57,421 nt of DNA from a virus (lineage: Duplodnaviria; Caudoviricetes), in IMG/VR virus record IMGVR_UViG_3300031566_000036, positions 1-57,421 of that record, one strand, 5' to 3'. Position numbers and translations under genes: made by a program. Each line of letters starts with the position of its first letter. Within the stretch, counting starts at the first letter, position 1. Positions 37,409-47,098 of the stretch are shown here, one piece after another. The notes below the pieces were generated by a model. It ran no database searches and was not told where the DNA came from. It saw only the letters and a list, made by a program, of their open reading frames with translations.

Positions 37409-37861
37409 TTATACTTCTTCTAATGTCACGTTAAAGTTCAACTCGAACTTATATCTTCTTTTGGTTCCCGACTCAGTGCCGAGATTTAGAACGCCACTGA
37501 ATTTTGTTGCTGCCCAAAAATAGTATGAGTTTGTACCCACTATTACTGCGACTTTTTGGACATCGCTTAAATCGGTTAAAACACTTTTTAGTTTCAAATA
37601 ACCTGTCTCATAGTCTAATGCTCTTAATTGTATAATGATTCCGTAATGCTTAAAATTTTCGCCGGACGACATGTCCCGGCTATTTATAACATCTTGAGAA
37701 TCGTTTACACATGCAGCGTTATCTTCAACGTTATTTCCATCAGGTAATGACATTTCATATAAAGGCCAGTCGCCACTACTGCTTGGCAGGGTAAATAGTT
37801 CCTGAGCGACTAAATACGTTTTCAAAATCAAACAAGATGTATCAGATAAATTAGCCATCAA
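37409..37861 (-). CDS. Tail terminator / tail completion protein
   Basis: 150 aa before the tail tube gene; Q.R..DY..GY and LG....RR..F..NF. Confidence 0.7.
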   Translation of the reverse strand: MMANLSDTSCLILKTYLVAQELFTLPSSSGDWPLYEMSLPDGNNVEDNAACVNDSQDVINSRDMSSGENFKHYGIIIQLRALDYETGYLKLKSVLTDLSDVQKVAVIVGTNSYYFWAATKFSGVLNLGTESGTKRRYKFELNFNVTLEEV

Positions 37862-40800
37862 TTCGTACGAGTCAAATGCTTCAAAATACTATCAAAATTT
37901 AATGTAAATAAATAACGCCGTTTCGTTGTCCCTACCTCTTGTCCTAAAGAAATAATACCGGACATATTCGAAAAGCAAACAATTCTGTAAGTCTCTAAAT
38001 CATCAAGTATTATTATTTCATTTTTTACAGTTTCTAATAAAGCCAGAATTGCTTTTATCTTCGCTTTACCTGTCTCATAATTGGATGCTCTGATTTTTAT
38101 CTGTAAACCATAATGCGTAGTTGGATATGATATTCTAATTCTTGTTTCAAGTCTCGGAGTCGTATCATATATGGCGCACGCGTTATTTATAACATCTGGC
38201 AAAGATGATGTGTATATAGGCCAACCGCTTTCTAAACTTGGCAAAGAAACAATAGCCTCAGCAATTAAATACGCGCCTATAATGTAACAAGGTGAAAATG
38301 CTAACACATCATCAATATCATAAGTTGCTGATACGACTGTAACCGCAGAGCTGTCTGTTAAGTCTAATTCATCGTACACAGATATGTCGAGCTGTGTGCC
38401 ATTTACTATTTCAGTATAATCAGTAACTTCAATACTATCTACGACAAGAATTTCATAAACGGGAATTAAAACATTAGTTTCATCACTAACTCCAACATTG
38501 TCAACTACTAATATTTCCAGTATAGAAATGTGTGCAGATATTCCATCAGATAAAACAATGTCATCAGCAACGTCCACCTCCAAAACGCCAATAACACTTG
38601 CTACAATATCTACTTCATCAGCAATACCAATATCGTCATAAACAGAAACTTCAAGTGTAGAAATACTAATCGCTGAAATATCGGTAATACCTATATTGTC
38701 AGTGACTAACACTTCAAAGGTTGAAATTTGTATCGTTATCGCATCGGCAACAACCACATTATCATATACAGATATTTCATAGACAGCGATTTGAACGTCT
38801 ACTTCATCACTAACTCCAACATCATCAGAAACAGACAGGTCGTAGAAATTTAATGAGCCAGCGACAGTTTCTGTTACTTGAACATTATCAAATACATAAA
38901 CATTCAAAGTACCAATATCTTGACGGATTGCTGTGACACCATCTGTAAGACCTACTATATCACTGATTACAATCTCAAGTAACGGATAGAACGTATCAAC
39001 TGATTCAGTTATTCCTATGTCATCAGCAACGGCAACCACAAGAACCGGCTCAAGCACTTCAATAACATCCGTAAGGCTAATTGTGTCACTAACAGATACT
39101 TCAAGAATCGAAATCTCTATGGCCGTTTCGTCACTTACTCCTACAGCATCACTTACCAGCACTTCCAAGATAGGAATAGATGCCGTTATATCATCAGAAA
39201 CGCCAATGGAATCAGACGCTAAAATCTCAAGAACTGGAATTGAGGCTTCCGTTACATCACTCAGACCGACAGTGTCTGACACATAAACATCAAGGATATT
39301 CGCTGCATCTTCGATAAATAAATGATCTATGACAAAACTATGTGTTGGGTTTCCTGGAGAGACATGATTAAACCTAACCCTTAGTTTACCGTCTGATATG
39401 TAGTCAATGTCATTTATCAGATTAAAGCTATAAGATTCTTCAACCGCACTTGATGGAAAATCATTTGCACTGGCAGTTACATTCACCCAGTCCAATATGT
39501 TGTAATTGTATTGCTGTAACTTAACAATGTGGGATGGATTTCCTATATAGTGACCAACCATGTTAAGCTGCATATTAGGGTCAGGAACAGAATAGTCACC
39601 ACCAAATTCAAACTCAAAATCAAATCCGGGCGTGCCTGTCACTTCGTCTATAATCAGTTCATTGTCATCTTCTGAATAAACGTCTATTAAACTACCAGAA
39701 CCTATCGTGTCTAATGGGACAGTAACCGTTATGGAAGTGGGCAAGAACCAAGGAACTACAACCTGACCAGTTACATTCTCTGTTACTACAATTGCATCGC
39801 TGACATATACTTCATAAACTGCAATCTGTACATCAGTTTCGTCACTTACTCCAACATTATCAGCAACTGTCAATTCGTAAAGATTCAACCGACTTGTAAC
39901 ATCTTCTGCTACTTGAATATCGTCATACACATAAACATTCAAAGTAGCAGCGTCTTGACGGATTGCTGTGATGCCATCCGTAAGTCCTATGGCCTCACTA
40001 ACAGCAATTTCCAGTAATGGATAATATGTCTCAACTGACTCGGTTATGCCTATAGCATCGAATACAGCAACTTCCAAGACTGGGATGAGGACTTCAGTTT
40101 CATCAGTAACAGCAATCGAATCACTAACTGATACCTCAAGAATAGAAATCTCAACAACAACACTATCGCTCAATCCAATATCATCAGTAACCGAAACCTC
40201 GTACAGAGATAAAGCTAATTCAACATCATCCGATACCCCGATGCCATCACTTACTGCCACTTCCAGTAATGGCATCTCGTTGACTACAATATCTTGAACT
40301 GCTACATCATCAAAAATGCTGACATTATATAATGGCAACTCGTGGTCACTTAGGTCTGTAACACTAATCAAATCGCTGACATATATCTCGTACAAATCCA
40401 GTTCCGAAACAGCCTCATCGGACAGACCTACATCATCATAAACATAAACTTCTAATGCTCCTGATATGGCAACGACAACTTCATCGGACACGCCAACTAA
40501 ATCTGAAACACTTACTTCAAGAATTGGAATCGAGGCGGAAACATCATCGGCAACGCCGATATTGTCGCTGACGTTTACTGATAATACACCGGCGCCAGGA
40601 ATTTCGACAGCAACATCTTCGGCAAGACCGATGGCATCATTGACGTTAATTTCATGGATTAAATTCAGTGACAATTTATATATTGATATTGGACTGGTGT
40701 AAGTAGAAACAAATAAAAATCCAGAATGAAAGGAAACTTCATTTGGAGAAGTTCCATTAAAAGCGTATGTCGTAAATTCATCTGTTGCAGGGTCTATGCG

Positions 40801-42420
40801 CACAAGATAGCCTGGTGTGCCTGCATATAAGGCCCAAATCCATGTGCCATCGTAAAATGTGCCATAGCATGACGTTGACCGTCCAGTATCAATATTTGTA
40901 ATGTCTGAAAGGTCAGATTTGGAAATTTTCAAAACATTATGTGTTCCTCCTTCGAGTCCAACCCACACATGATTAGCCGTAAAGGCCAAATCATCCGTAG
41001 GGCCGCCTGTAAAAGCTTGGTTTATCTCAGACAAATCAGAAGGGGCTATTTTTAGTATAGAAGACCCCGCAATTGTAGTTGTACCATACAGGTTTGTTCC
41101 ATCAAACCCTAAAGCATGACCAGAAGCTTTTGACAGAGATGTATTAGCATCAGCCACAGCCCACGTTGACATATCATATTTGACAATAGAAGCTTCACCA
41201 AAACACAAAACGTACAAATATGATTCGTCTGTTGCGATAGAACCGTTGTCACAATCATAACCTGTATCTTGTATTACATCAGAAGCACTCAGGTCGGAAG
41301 GATTGACCTCAGATACGGCAATTCTGCCACTTTCCAAATGAAGTGCATATAATTTCTCTTTTGTGGAGCTATAAATCAAATCATATACACCACCATGATT
41401 GCCATCGTCGGGAAATGTTTTTACAGTGTAATCGGATAAATCAGAGGCGTTTATTTTAAGTAACTTACCGGGGTTTACTACAAGACCAACATACACATAG
41501 CCGTTCAGATAGACCATCGAATAAGGTGTATCTTCGCCGGAAGCGTAAGTGTGACTGTCATATTCAAAAAGACTACATGCTTCGGAAACATCATCGGCAA
41601 CGCCGATATTGTCGCTGACGTTTACTGATAAAGCACCGGCAGAGACGATTTCTATGGAGACAGCATCCGTCAAACCGATAAGTGAAAATACCAGAACCAT
41701 CAGAATTGGAATCTGGACGCTGGGTGTATCTGCTACGCCTATATCATCAAAGACATTGACTTCAAGCGGTGGCGGAGCTACCTCGTTCCACGCACCCATT
41801 ACCCAGTTAAAGTCATCGGAAGTACCGCCGCTGACGTAGGTATGCGTTACCGTTGCTGGGCCGCTCACCGGTAATGAGTACGCCGCACCGGTCTGCATGC
41901 TACCTTCGTCAATACTTGGCGTAGTAAGAAGGGTTATTCCTGTTGTAATTGAAGCAAATTGGTCCTTTTCACCGTGAGTCATGCAGGAGACACAGACTGA
42001 ATCTGCCGGTACTGAAGCTATCGAACATGCAACATTAGCACCACTGCTATCAGAAGCTCCACCAGAATTGAAGAAGGAGGCATTTGCACCTGAATTAGTA
42101 AAGTCAACACAGCAATATCTTAAATTTTGAGAAGTAGCAGCATTGGGAATAACTACCGTCTTCTCAACAGAAGCAACCGGCGAGAGATAATACCATATCT
42201 CTGTGCCGCCCTCCGCAGATAATTGCGTAGAGCCACACTGCGTCATGGCCTGCCCATCGTAGGTAGGCGTTCCGGAAGTTACTTTGGCGGCAGCATTGGT
42301 CGCATTACATATAGTAAGAACGACCAGCTTGCTATTAGCTCCCGCTGTAAACGGAAAACTAATAGAAGCATCAGAACTTAATGCAGTAACTTTACCAGCA
42401 CTGTTATAGGTGAATGCCAT
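37858..42420 (-). CDS. 1520-aa acidic repeat fibre protein with propeller-like insert and C-terminal tail-terminator-like domain
   Basis: Dozens of roughly 22-aa V.V.D.IG..D repeats. The C-terminal ~140 aa align by eye to 37409-37861. Confidence 0.75.
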   Translation of the reverse strand: MAFTYNSAGKVTALSSDASISFPFTAGANSKLVVLTICNATNAAAKVTSGTPTYDGQAMTQCGSTQLSAEGGTEIWYYLSPVASVEKTVVIPNAATSQNLRYCCVDFTNSGANASFFNSGGASDSSGANVACSIASVPADSVCVSCMTHGEKDQFASITTGITLLTTPSIDEGSMQTGAAYSLPVSGPATVTHTYVSGGTSDDFNWVMGAWNEVAPPPLEVNVFDDIGVADTPSVQIPILMVLVFSLIGLTDAVSIEIVSAGALSVNVSDNIGVADDVSEACSLFEYDSHTYASGEDTPYSMVYLNGYVYVGLVVNPGKLLKINASDLSDYTVKTFPDDGNHGGVYDLIYSSTKEKLYALHLESGRIAVSEVNPSDLSASDVIQDTGYDCDNGSIATDESYLYVLCFGEASIVKYDMSTWAVADANTSLSKASGHALGFDGTNLYGTTTIAGSSILKIAPSDLSEINQAFTGGPTDDLAFTANHVWVGLEGGTHNVLKISKSDLSDITNIDTGRSTSCYGTFYDGTWIWALYAGTPGYLVRIDPATDEFTTYAFNGTSPNEVSFHSGFLFVSTYTSPISIYKLSLNLIHEINVNDAIGLAEDVAVEIPGAGVLSVNVSDNIGVADDVSASIPILEVSVSDLVGVSDEVVVAISGALEVYVYDDVGLSDEAVSELDLYEIYVSDLISVTDLSDHELPLYNVSIFDDVAVQDIVVNEMPLLEVAVSDGIGVSDDVELALSLYEVSVTDDIGLSDSVVVEISILEVSVSDSIAVTDETEVLIPVLEVAVFDAIGITESVETYYPLLEIAVSEAIGLTDGITAIRQDAATLNVYVYDDIQVAEDVTSRLNLYELTVADNVGVSDETDVQIAVYEVYVSDAIVVTENVTGQVVVPWFLPTSITVTVPLDTIGSGSLIDVYSEDDNELIIDEVTGTPGFDFEFEFGGDYSVPDPNMQLNMVGHYIGNPSHIVKLQQYNYNILDWVNVTASANDFPSSAVEESYSFNLINDIDYISDGKLRVRFNHVSPGNPTHSFVIDHLFIEDAANILDVYVSDTVGLSDVTEASIPVLEILASDSIGVSDDITASIPILEVLVSDAVGVSDETAIEISILEVSVSDTISLTDVIEVLEPVLVVAVADDIGITESVDTFYPLLEIVISDIVGLTDGVTAIRQDIGTLNVYVFDNVQVTETVAGSLNFYDLSVSDDVGVSDEVDVQIAVYEISVYDNVVVADAITIQISTFEVLVTDNIGITDISAISISTLEVSVYDDIGIADEVDIVASVIGVLEVDVADDIVLSDGISAHISILEILVVDNVGVSDETNVLIPVYEILVVDSIEVTDYTEIVNGTQLDISVYDELDLTDSSAVTVVSATYDIDDVLAFSPCYIIGAYLIAEAIVSLPSLESGWPIYTSSLPDVINNACAIYDTTPRLETRIRISYPTTHYGLQIKIRASNYETGKAKIKAILALLETVKNEIIILDDLETYRIVCFSNMSGIISLGQEVGTTKRRYLFTLNFDSILKHLTRTN
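40536..41631. repeat. 49-bp exact direct repeat pair
   Basis: CGGAAACATCATCGGCAACGCCGATATTGTCGCTGACGTTTACTGATAA at 40536-40584 and 41583-41631. Confidence 0.9.
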
Positions 42421-42438
42421 TTACCTGTTCTTCCAACT

Positions 42439-42639
42439 TCACGGATATTGTCGTCCCGTACTCAAATCAATTTCTTCGATTGTCATAGTTGGTTGCAAAT
42501 GCGGCAAATAATAATCAGCACTTGATGCATTACAACTTTTAACTAAATGTTCAATGAGAACAAATTCGCTTTCCGTGAGTGTAAGTTCAAAAGTAGTAGT
42601 GGTCTCATTGCCAATGACTTCAATTTTATACTTTTTCAT
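42439..42639 (-). CDS. Small hypothetical protein
   Basis: ATGA overlap with the upstream gene; start MKKYKIE. Confidence 0.6.
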   Translation of the reverse strand: MKKYKIEVIGNETTTTFELTLTESEFVLIEHLVKSCNASSADYYLPHLQPTMTIEEIDLSTGRQYP

Positions 42640-43409
42640 GGAAATTGTTTCCCCGTACTCAATTCGATATGCTTGCAAAATATGTTCGTATCACAGAGAA
42701 ACGGATACTTCTTCCTGCCAATCTTAGGCCAACCAGAACGCTTCAAGACATCCTCTTTGATAACACGGTTGCACCAGTTCAAATCAGACGTACCACTACC
42801 TGAAGCGAAAGAGTTTGTATCTCGGTCGTAATAACATTTTGAAGGTGTCTCAAAGACTTTCCTCGTCTTCCTGCCACCAACGGTTTCGTACTCCTCGCTC
42901 TCATTCCACATCAACTTGATAATCGAATTGTGAATCAAAAGAAATCCCGTTGGCACGCCATCGGCCCAGACCTTATCACCTACTTTGAAATCCTCGTAAG
43001 CACCTCTACCTAAGCCTCTGTAAAGAATCGGCTCAGTATAGTTGCTTTTGAGATAATACAGACCACTCACAACCGGAACATCACCTTTCTTCATATACTG
43101 ATTCAATTGCAGGAAGGCATCTGGAGGAGCAATTACATCATCTTCCCACAAGAGCATCCATTCATAACCTTGATTGACTACATCCTCACAACCGAAGTTC
43201 TGAGCATCAGCAACAAGAAAGTGCAAAGGAACAGTGCAACCTATACCCAATGAACGACCACCTGCCGACCAGTTGCACGGTGTAGGCTGACCATATCTGG
43301 ACATAGCCCATTCAATGCGGATAAGGCCCAACGTGGCAGTGACAATCAGTAATCTATTTCTTGGATTTCCGTCGACTCCGCTTTTTATTATCTTTGTTTT
43401 TTCCAACAT
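42636..43409 (-). CDS. Glycosyltransferase-like protein (GT2 fold) within the head-tail module
   Basis: WMLLWEDDV, VVSGLY, GFLLIH, SDL.WC, CKH. Confidence 0.7.
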   Translation of the reverse strand: MLEKTKIIKSGVDGNPRNRLLIVTATLGLIRIEWAMSRYGQPTPCNWSAGGRSLGIGCTVPLHFLVADAQNFGCEDVVNQGYEWMLLWEDDVIAPPDAFLQLNQYMKKGDVPVVSGLYYLKSNYTEPILYRGLGRGAYEDFKVGDKVWADGVPTGFLLIHNSIIKLMWNESEEYETVGGRKTRKVFETPSKCYYDRDTNSFASGSGTSDLNWCNRVIKEDVLKRSGWPKIGRKKYPFLCDTNIFCKHIELSTGKQFP

Positions 43410-43496
43410 CGTCACCTGACTTGACAGGTGCGGTTTTGACGGTTTCGGTAATTTCGACAGCGACTGCATCAGTTATCTTAGCTCCATCACTTGACA

Positions 43497-44075
43497 TTAT
43501 TTATTTCCTTTCTTCGGTGACATTTCAACCGAATCATCTTTTCTCTGCTCAGGAAGTTTGGCCGGAATAACGGGCTTTCCTTTTTTGTCCTTGCGAGGCT
43601 CCAGTATCATCTCAATACAACCGTTCAAAGAGAACACGCTCCTGACTATCTTCCACGGCAGAGGCTTCTTGTAACTGCAACTATGCCACAGTTGAAAGTC
43701 AGGATCAAAGAACTGGAACGTTGCCTCATTGGGACACATATAGTGTGCAGGATGAGCGGCTTCTAAATAACTACCAGCATAAGGACAACTTAAAAGCAAC
43801 TGTCCATCATGCCTGCAAATTCGCCACAGTTCATCCATCACTGCAAACCTATACTTCGGCTCTATGTGTTCCCAGATATGCGACATCAAAACCTGAAAGC
43901 AACTGTTATCAGGCACAGGCCACGGGAATTGTTGGATGTCGTGAACTATATCAACGCCGGGTTGCTTGTACTGGTCTAATCCAACAAATCCCTTCTGCTT
44001 AAATTGCCCACAGCCTATATCAAGTTTGATACCACTGGCCTTCTGGAATAAAGCCCTGTTTATTCTCTTTGCCAT
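43497..44075 (-). CDS. Class I SAM-dependent methyltransferase
   Basis: LDIGCG, VGLD, SHIWEH, ELWRI...G. Confidence 0.85.
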   Translation of the reverse strand: MAKRINRALFQKASGIKLDIGCGQFKQKGFVGLDQYKQPGVDIVHDIQQFPWPVPDNSCFQVLMSHIWEHIEPKYRFAVMDELWRICRHDGQLLLSCPYAGSYLEAAHPAHYMCPNEATFQFFDPDFQLWHSCSYKKPLPWKIVRSVFSLNGCIEMILEPRKDKKGKPVIPAKLPEQRKDDSVEMSPKKGNK

Positions 44076-44104
44076 CAGCCAAAATGTCCTTTCCATTGTC
44101 TATC

Positions 44105-44566
44105 TTAGCTCGTCGAATAACGCCATTCGTAAGTACAGTTCACGGACTGTGTAGTGGCCAATGCCGAAGAAGCAAAAGTCTTGCCTGCCAGTAACGAACC
44201 AGTCGAGGCAGCAAATACTCCAATATTAGCAAGGGTCACTGCGCCTTCCGAACCGTCAAAGCTCTGCGACATCCGGGCAGTCAGACTGTCAATAACTGAA
44301 CTCTGTCCAAAAGTCGAATAGTAATCAGTGCCATGACTGGAATCGAGAGCTACGGCATCAGACGCCGGATTTGTGCCGCTGCCTAACAAAAGTCCAGCAG
44401 CTTGAACCGAAGCGGCACCGATAGGAGCGGCAACAATGCAACTGTTCAAACCGTAGTTAGTAATCTGGTTTTCAAACCAACCAGAATCACCAACCACCTT
44501 TTTCGACTTCTTGTCTACGATTTGCAAACGAGCAAATCCTTTAATACCAATTTTTCTTTTTTTCAT
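44105..44566 (-). CDS. Putative virion structural protein (fibre-associated)
   Basis: N.IT..G, GSGT.P, IGVF....G.LLA pattern; small-residue rich. Confidence 0.55.
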   Translation of the reverse strand: MKKRKIGIKGFARLQIVDKKSKKVVGDSGWFENQITNYGLNSCIVAAPIGAASVQAAGLLLGSGTNPASDAVALDSSHGTDYYSTFGQSSVIDSLTARMSQSFDGSEGAVTLANIGVFAASTGSLLAGKTFASSALATTQSVNCTYEWRYSTS

Positions 44567-44585
44567 TTTCTTGTTCCTTAAAAAT

Positions 44586-45032
44586 TTATTTTATTTCCGC
44601 TGCAATAATTGCTAACATTTCAGTTCGTTTAGTTCTTGCCGGTGTTTCTAAAAACTTAGCTTGCTGTTCTTCGCCACGATTAAATAGTCCGCCGGCTGCG
44701 GTTCTTGCTTTTTTACTCGCATTCGCAATTTCATCTGCATGTTTAACATTAAACTCTTTACCGTGTGCTTTATCTAAATCTTCATGTACGTAAGCTGCAT
44801 ACTCAGCGGTATACCCAACAGTGACGTCTGTTTGAAGTCCAGAGCCTTGACTTCGAGTAAACGCTGAATTTGCTAAATTACCCAATTGTCTTGGTACAAT
44901 TTTTTGACTTTCACGTTGCAAAAATAAGCCACCTTTTTTAAGTCCACGACCAGCGTCATTTTTTATATCAGTGGTCGCACCTTTTAATTTACTAAGCACT
45001 TGAGGAAGGCCTTTTAATTCAAACATTTTCAT
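44586..45032 (-). CDS. Neck protein (HK97 gp10-like)
   Basis: SQKIVP..G.L..S, VGYTAEYAAYVHE, AKFLE. Confidence 0.8.
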   Translation of the reverse strand: MKMFELKGLPQVLSKLKGATTDIKNDAGRGLKKGGLFLQRESQKIVPRQLGNLANSAFTRSQGSGLQTDVTVGYTAEYAAYVHEDLDKAHGKEFNVKHADEIANASKKARTAAGGLFNRGEEQQAKFLETPARTKRTEMLAIIAAEIK

Positions 45033-45394
45033 AAGTAGGCCGTCCTCAAAAACTCAGTTGCTTTAAGATTTGGTAACTTATCAAATTTTCTTATTTCCCA
45101 TGCACCCGCGTTATTCTTCGGAACAGTTAAATCACTAACATTGGCTAATTCACTTAAAAATAAAACCCCGCCCGGAGAAACATCACTCTCTACATAAACT
45201 ATCGACCGTGACATTTCAGTTGTACCTCTGGGTCCAATAAACTCTTCAGCGACATCCTCCCAACGGCACTTGAGTTGCACAGGTACATCATACTGTGGTT
45301 GACCGTAATCATCAAAGTCAAACCCACCGCTGGCTTCAGAACCCGGAGGCCAATACGTGCATTTCTGTTTTAACATTCGAGTGATAATTGACAT
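45029..45394 (-). CDS. Head closure / head-tail joining protein
   Basis: DDYGQP, CRWE; synteny. Confidence 0.7.
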   Translation of the reverse strand: MSIITRMLKQKCTYWPPGSEASGGFDFDDYGQPQYDVPVQLKCRWEDVAEEFIGPRGTTEMSRSIVYVESDVSPGGVLFLSELANVSDLTVPKNNAGAWEIRKFDKLPNLKATEFLRTAYL

Positions 45395-45727
45395 TTATTT
45401 ACTGCCGTTCTTAATTAACTCACTGAGATTTTCGATACCTTTATTAACTGTACGAAATCTTTCATTTGTTAAATCTGTTAAGCCATTAAACTTTTGCTCA
45501 ATTGTTCTTTGTACTTGCATACAATTATCTTTATACTGTGCTACTTTTTTATGCTCTGCGAATTCTGTTTTAGTTACAGGCCCGTTTCCGTTTGAAGCGA
45601 TTTTTTTATTCTTTATAAATCCAAAAACTTCTCTGATAACTAATAAAGCGAAAATACCGCCAACGCCAATTTGCGTTATAGATTCATTTACATTATTTAA
45701 TTGCTCTGCCGTTGCTAAAAAAATCAT
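45395..45727 (-). CDS. Single-TM membrane protein with coiled coil (holin/antiholin-like)
   Basis: IGVGGIFALLVIREVFGFI hydrophobic segment. Confidence 0.55.
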   Translation of the reverse strand: MIFLATAEQLNNVNESITQIGVGGIFALLVIREVFGFIKNKKIASNGNGPVTKTEFAEHKKVAQYKDNCMQVQRTIEQKFNGLTDLTNERFRTVNKGIENLSELIKNGSK

Positions 45728-45737
45728 AGGTGCCCTT

Positions 45738-46136
45738 TCAAGCGGGATTATAATCGTTGTCGCCGAGCCAAGATACCTGAACCGTTTGACCCGTGCCTTT
45801 TTTCATTTGTGCGTTTAACGCGGCCAGTCCGCCCTTAGTATCTAACCTCATTGCCATCTGACCGTAATGCGAAGTATCAAATCCTAAACCAATCATTGAT
45901 TGTTTTCTTTCAGATACTGTACCGGCCCTTTCCTCTGAAGCACGCATGTCCCTGATAGTATAAACGTGAGCCGACAACCACCGCTCGATTAACTCTAAGC
46001 GAGTTGCGTCATAATCATCAGCGCTACAACACTCGGTAACTAACGCATTCGCAACTTCAATAAATGAAGTCAAGCTAATGTCATCATCAACGTCAATGAT
46101 TAATGCAACGGCGGCGGATGTCGTTCTCACGGCCAT
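45738..46136 (-). CDS. Head-tail adaptor protein
   Basis: WLSAH, G.VS, T.YGQ motifs; start MAVRTT. Confidence 0.75.
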   Translation of the reverse strand: MAVRTTSAAVALIIDVDDDISLTSFIEVANALVTECCSADDYDATRLELIERWLSAHVYTIRDMRASEERAGTVSERKQSMIGLGFDTSHYGQMAMRLDTKGGLAALNAQMKKGTGQTVQVSWLGDNDYNPA

Positions 46137-46138
46137 AA

Positions 46139-46267
46139 TTATTTCCTTTTGAATAAACGCCAAACTTTTGCTATTGGAACGAATATAACAGCGATTATCA
46201 CTTTACCAATAGCATCTACAGCTTTTTCACCGGTACTTAGCTTCGGATTTTGCTGTACACTGCCCAT
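46139..46267 (-). CDS. 42-aa membrane peptide (MGSVQQNPKLSTGEKAVDAIGKVIIAVIFVPIAKVWRLFKRK)
   Basis: Below the ORF-track cutoff. Fills the gap exactly; one hydrophobic helix and a basic tail. Confidence 0.55.
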   Translation of the reverse strand: MGSVQQNPKLSTGEKAVDAIGKVIIAVIFVPIAKVWRLFKRK

Positions 46268-46269
46268 GA

Positions 46270-46824
46270 TTAAAACGGTATTCTGAATCCCATGTAGCCT
46301 TTGAGTTGATTATCCGGCACACCAGCAAGGTCACCGAAGTTCTTATCATAGGACGCTTCAAACACGAGCTCCGACTTATCCTCCGGTGTGAGTTTAAGTG
46401 TAACACCTACAATAGCACCGTATGTACCAGCATCTTCGTCAATTAAGTTAATCGAAAATTGTCCACCAATGTATGGTCTAATTTGGACATCTTCTGATAT
46501 TACGTTGAGAAACAATTCTGGTAAAAAAGGCACGGAACTATTTGGGTCAATTAAATCTGGCATGTGCTGCACCGCACCAAGTACAACCACTTGTGGAAAG
46601 TCTTGCGTTTCTCGTGGCCTCCAAATACTCCCGGCAAATAGTTCTAATCCGCCATTGTCAGACAGACTCATGTCATAACCAATCCTGCCTGTCAATGAAT
46701 TATCGCCATTGACACTGGATATTTGCTCTGTCAAACCCCAGATAGTCAGTCCGGCAGCCTGCGTCACCGTTGGCATGACTATCAGGCAACATAGCGCGAT
46801 TGCGATTAAGGTTCTTTTAATCAT
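46270..46824 (-). CDS. Secreted, outer-membrane beta-barrel-like protein
   Basis: Signal peptide MIKRTLIAIALCCLIVMPTVTQA, alternating beta strands, C-terminal GYMGFRIPF. Confidence 0.6.
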   Translation of the reverse strand: MIKRTLIAIALCCLIVMPTVTQAAGLTIWGLTEQISSVNGDNSLTGRIGYDMSLSDNGGLELFAGSIWRPRETQDFPQVVVLGAVQHMPDLIDPNSSVPFLPELFLNVISEDVQIRPYIGGQFSINLIDEDAGTYGAIVGVTLKLTPEDKSELVFEASYDKNFGDLAGVPDNQLKGYMGFRIPF

Positions 46825-46852
46825 TTTCTTGTTCCTTTCCATAAAGTTTAAT

Positions 46853-47098
46853 TTACTTCGGGCCGTATTTGTCAACACCTTTTCGAAGGTCGAGCCCTGT
46901 TACAACTTTAAGAACTTTGAACCAACCAGTAATTTTTGCAACGGCAGCGTCGTCTTTCTTTGTCTTAGTGAATTTAACAATGACCCTTGCAACGATTAGC
47001 AAGGCACCAATGACTGCAGCTATTTCTGTAACGCCAATTTGAATCTGCACATCCGGCGCTTCAATAGACTGGGCGAGAATGAATAAGCTAAGCAACAT
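46853..47098 (-). CDS. Holin-like membrane protein
   Basis: TM segment followed by TKTKKDD; GAAAGGA RBS. Confidence 0.55.
   Translation of the reverse strand: MLLSLFILAQSIEAPDVQIQIGVTEIAAVIGALLIVARVIVKFTKTKKDDAAVAKITGWFKVLKVVTGLDLRKGVDKYGPK

Noticed and set aside
37858-42420. Diversity-generating retroelement template/variable repeats
   Set aside because: There is no reverse transcriptase, the repeats lie within one ORF, and the differences are not adenine-specific.
43354-43497. 47-codon ORF (MSSDGAK...) with A AAA AAC as a -1 frameshift into the glycosyltransferase
   Set aside because: The glycosyltransferase is in the +1 frame, not -1. The short ORF may be real but has no other support.
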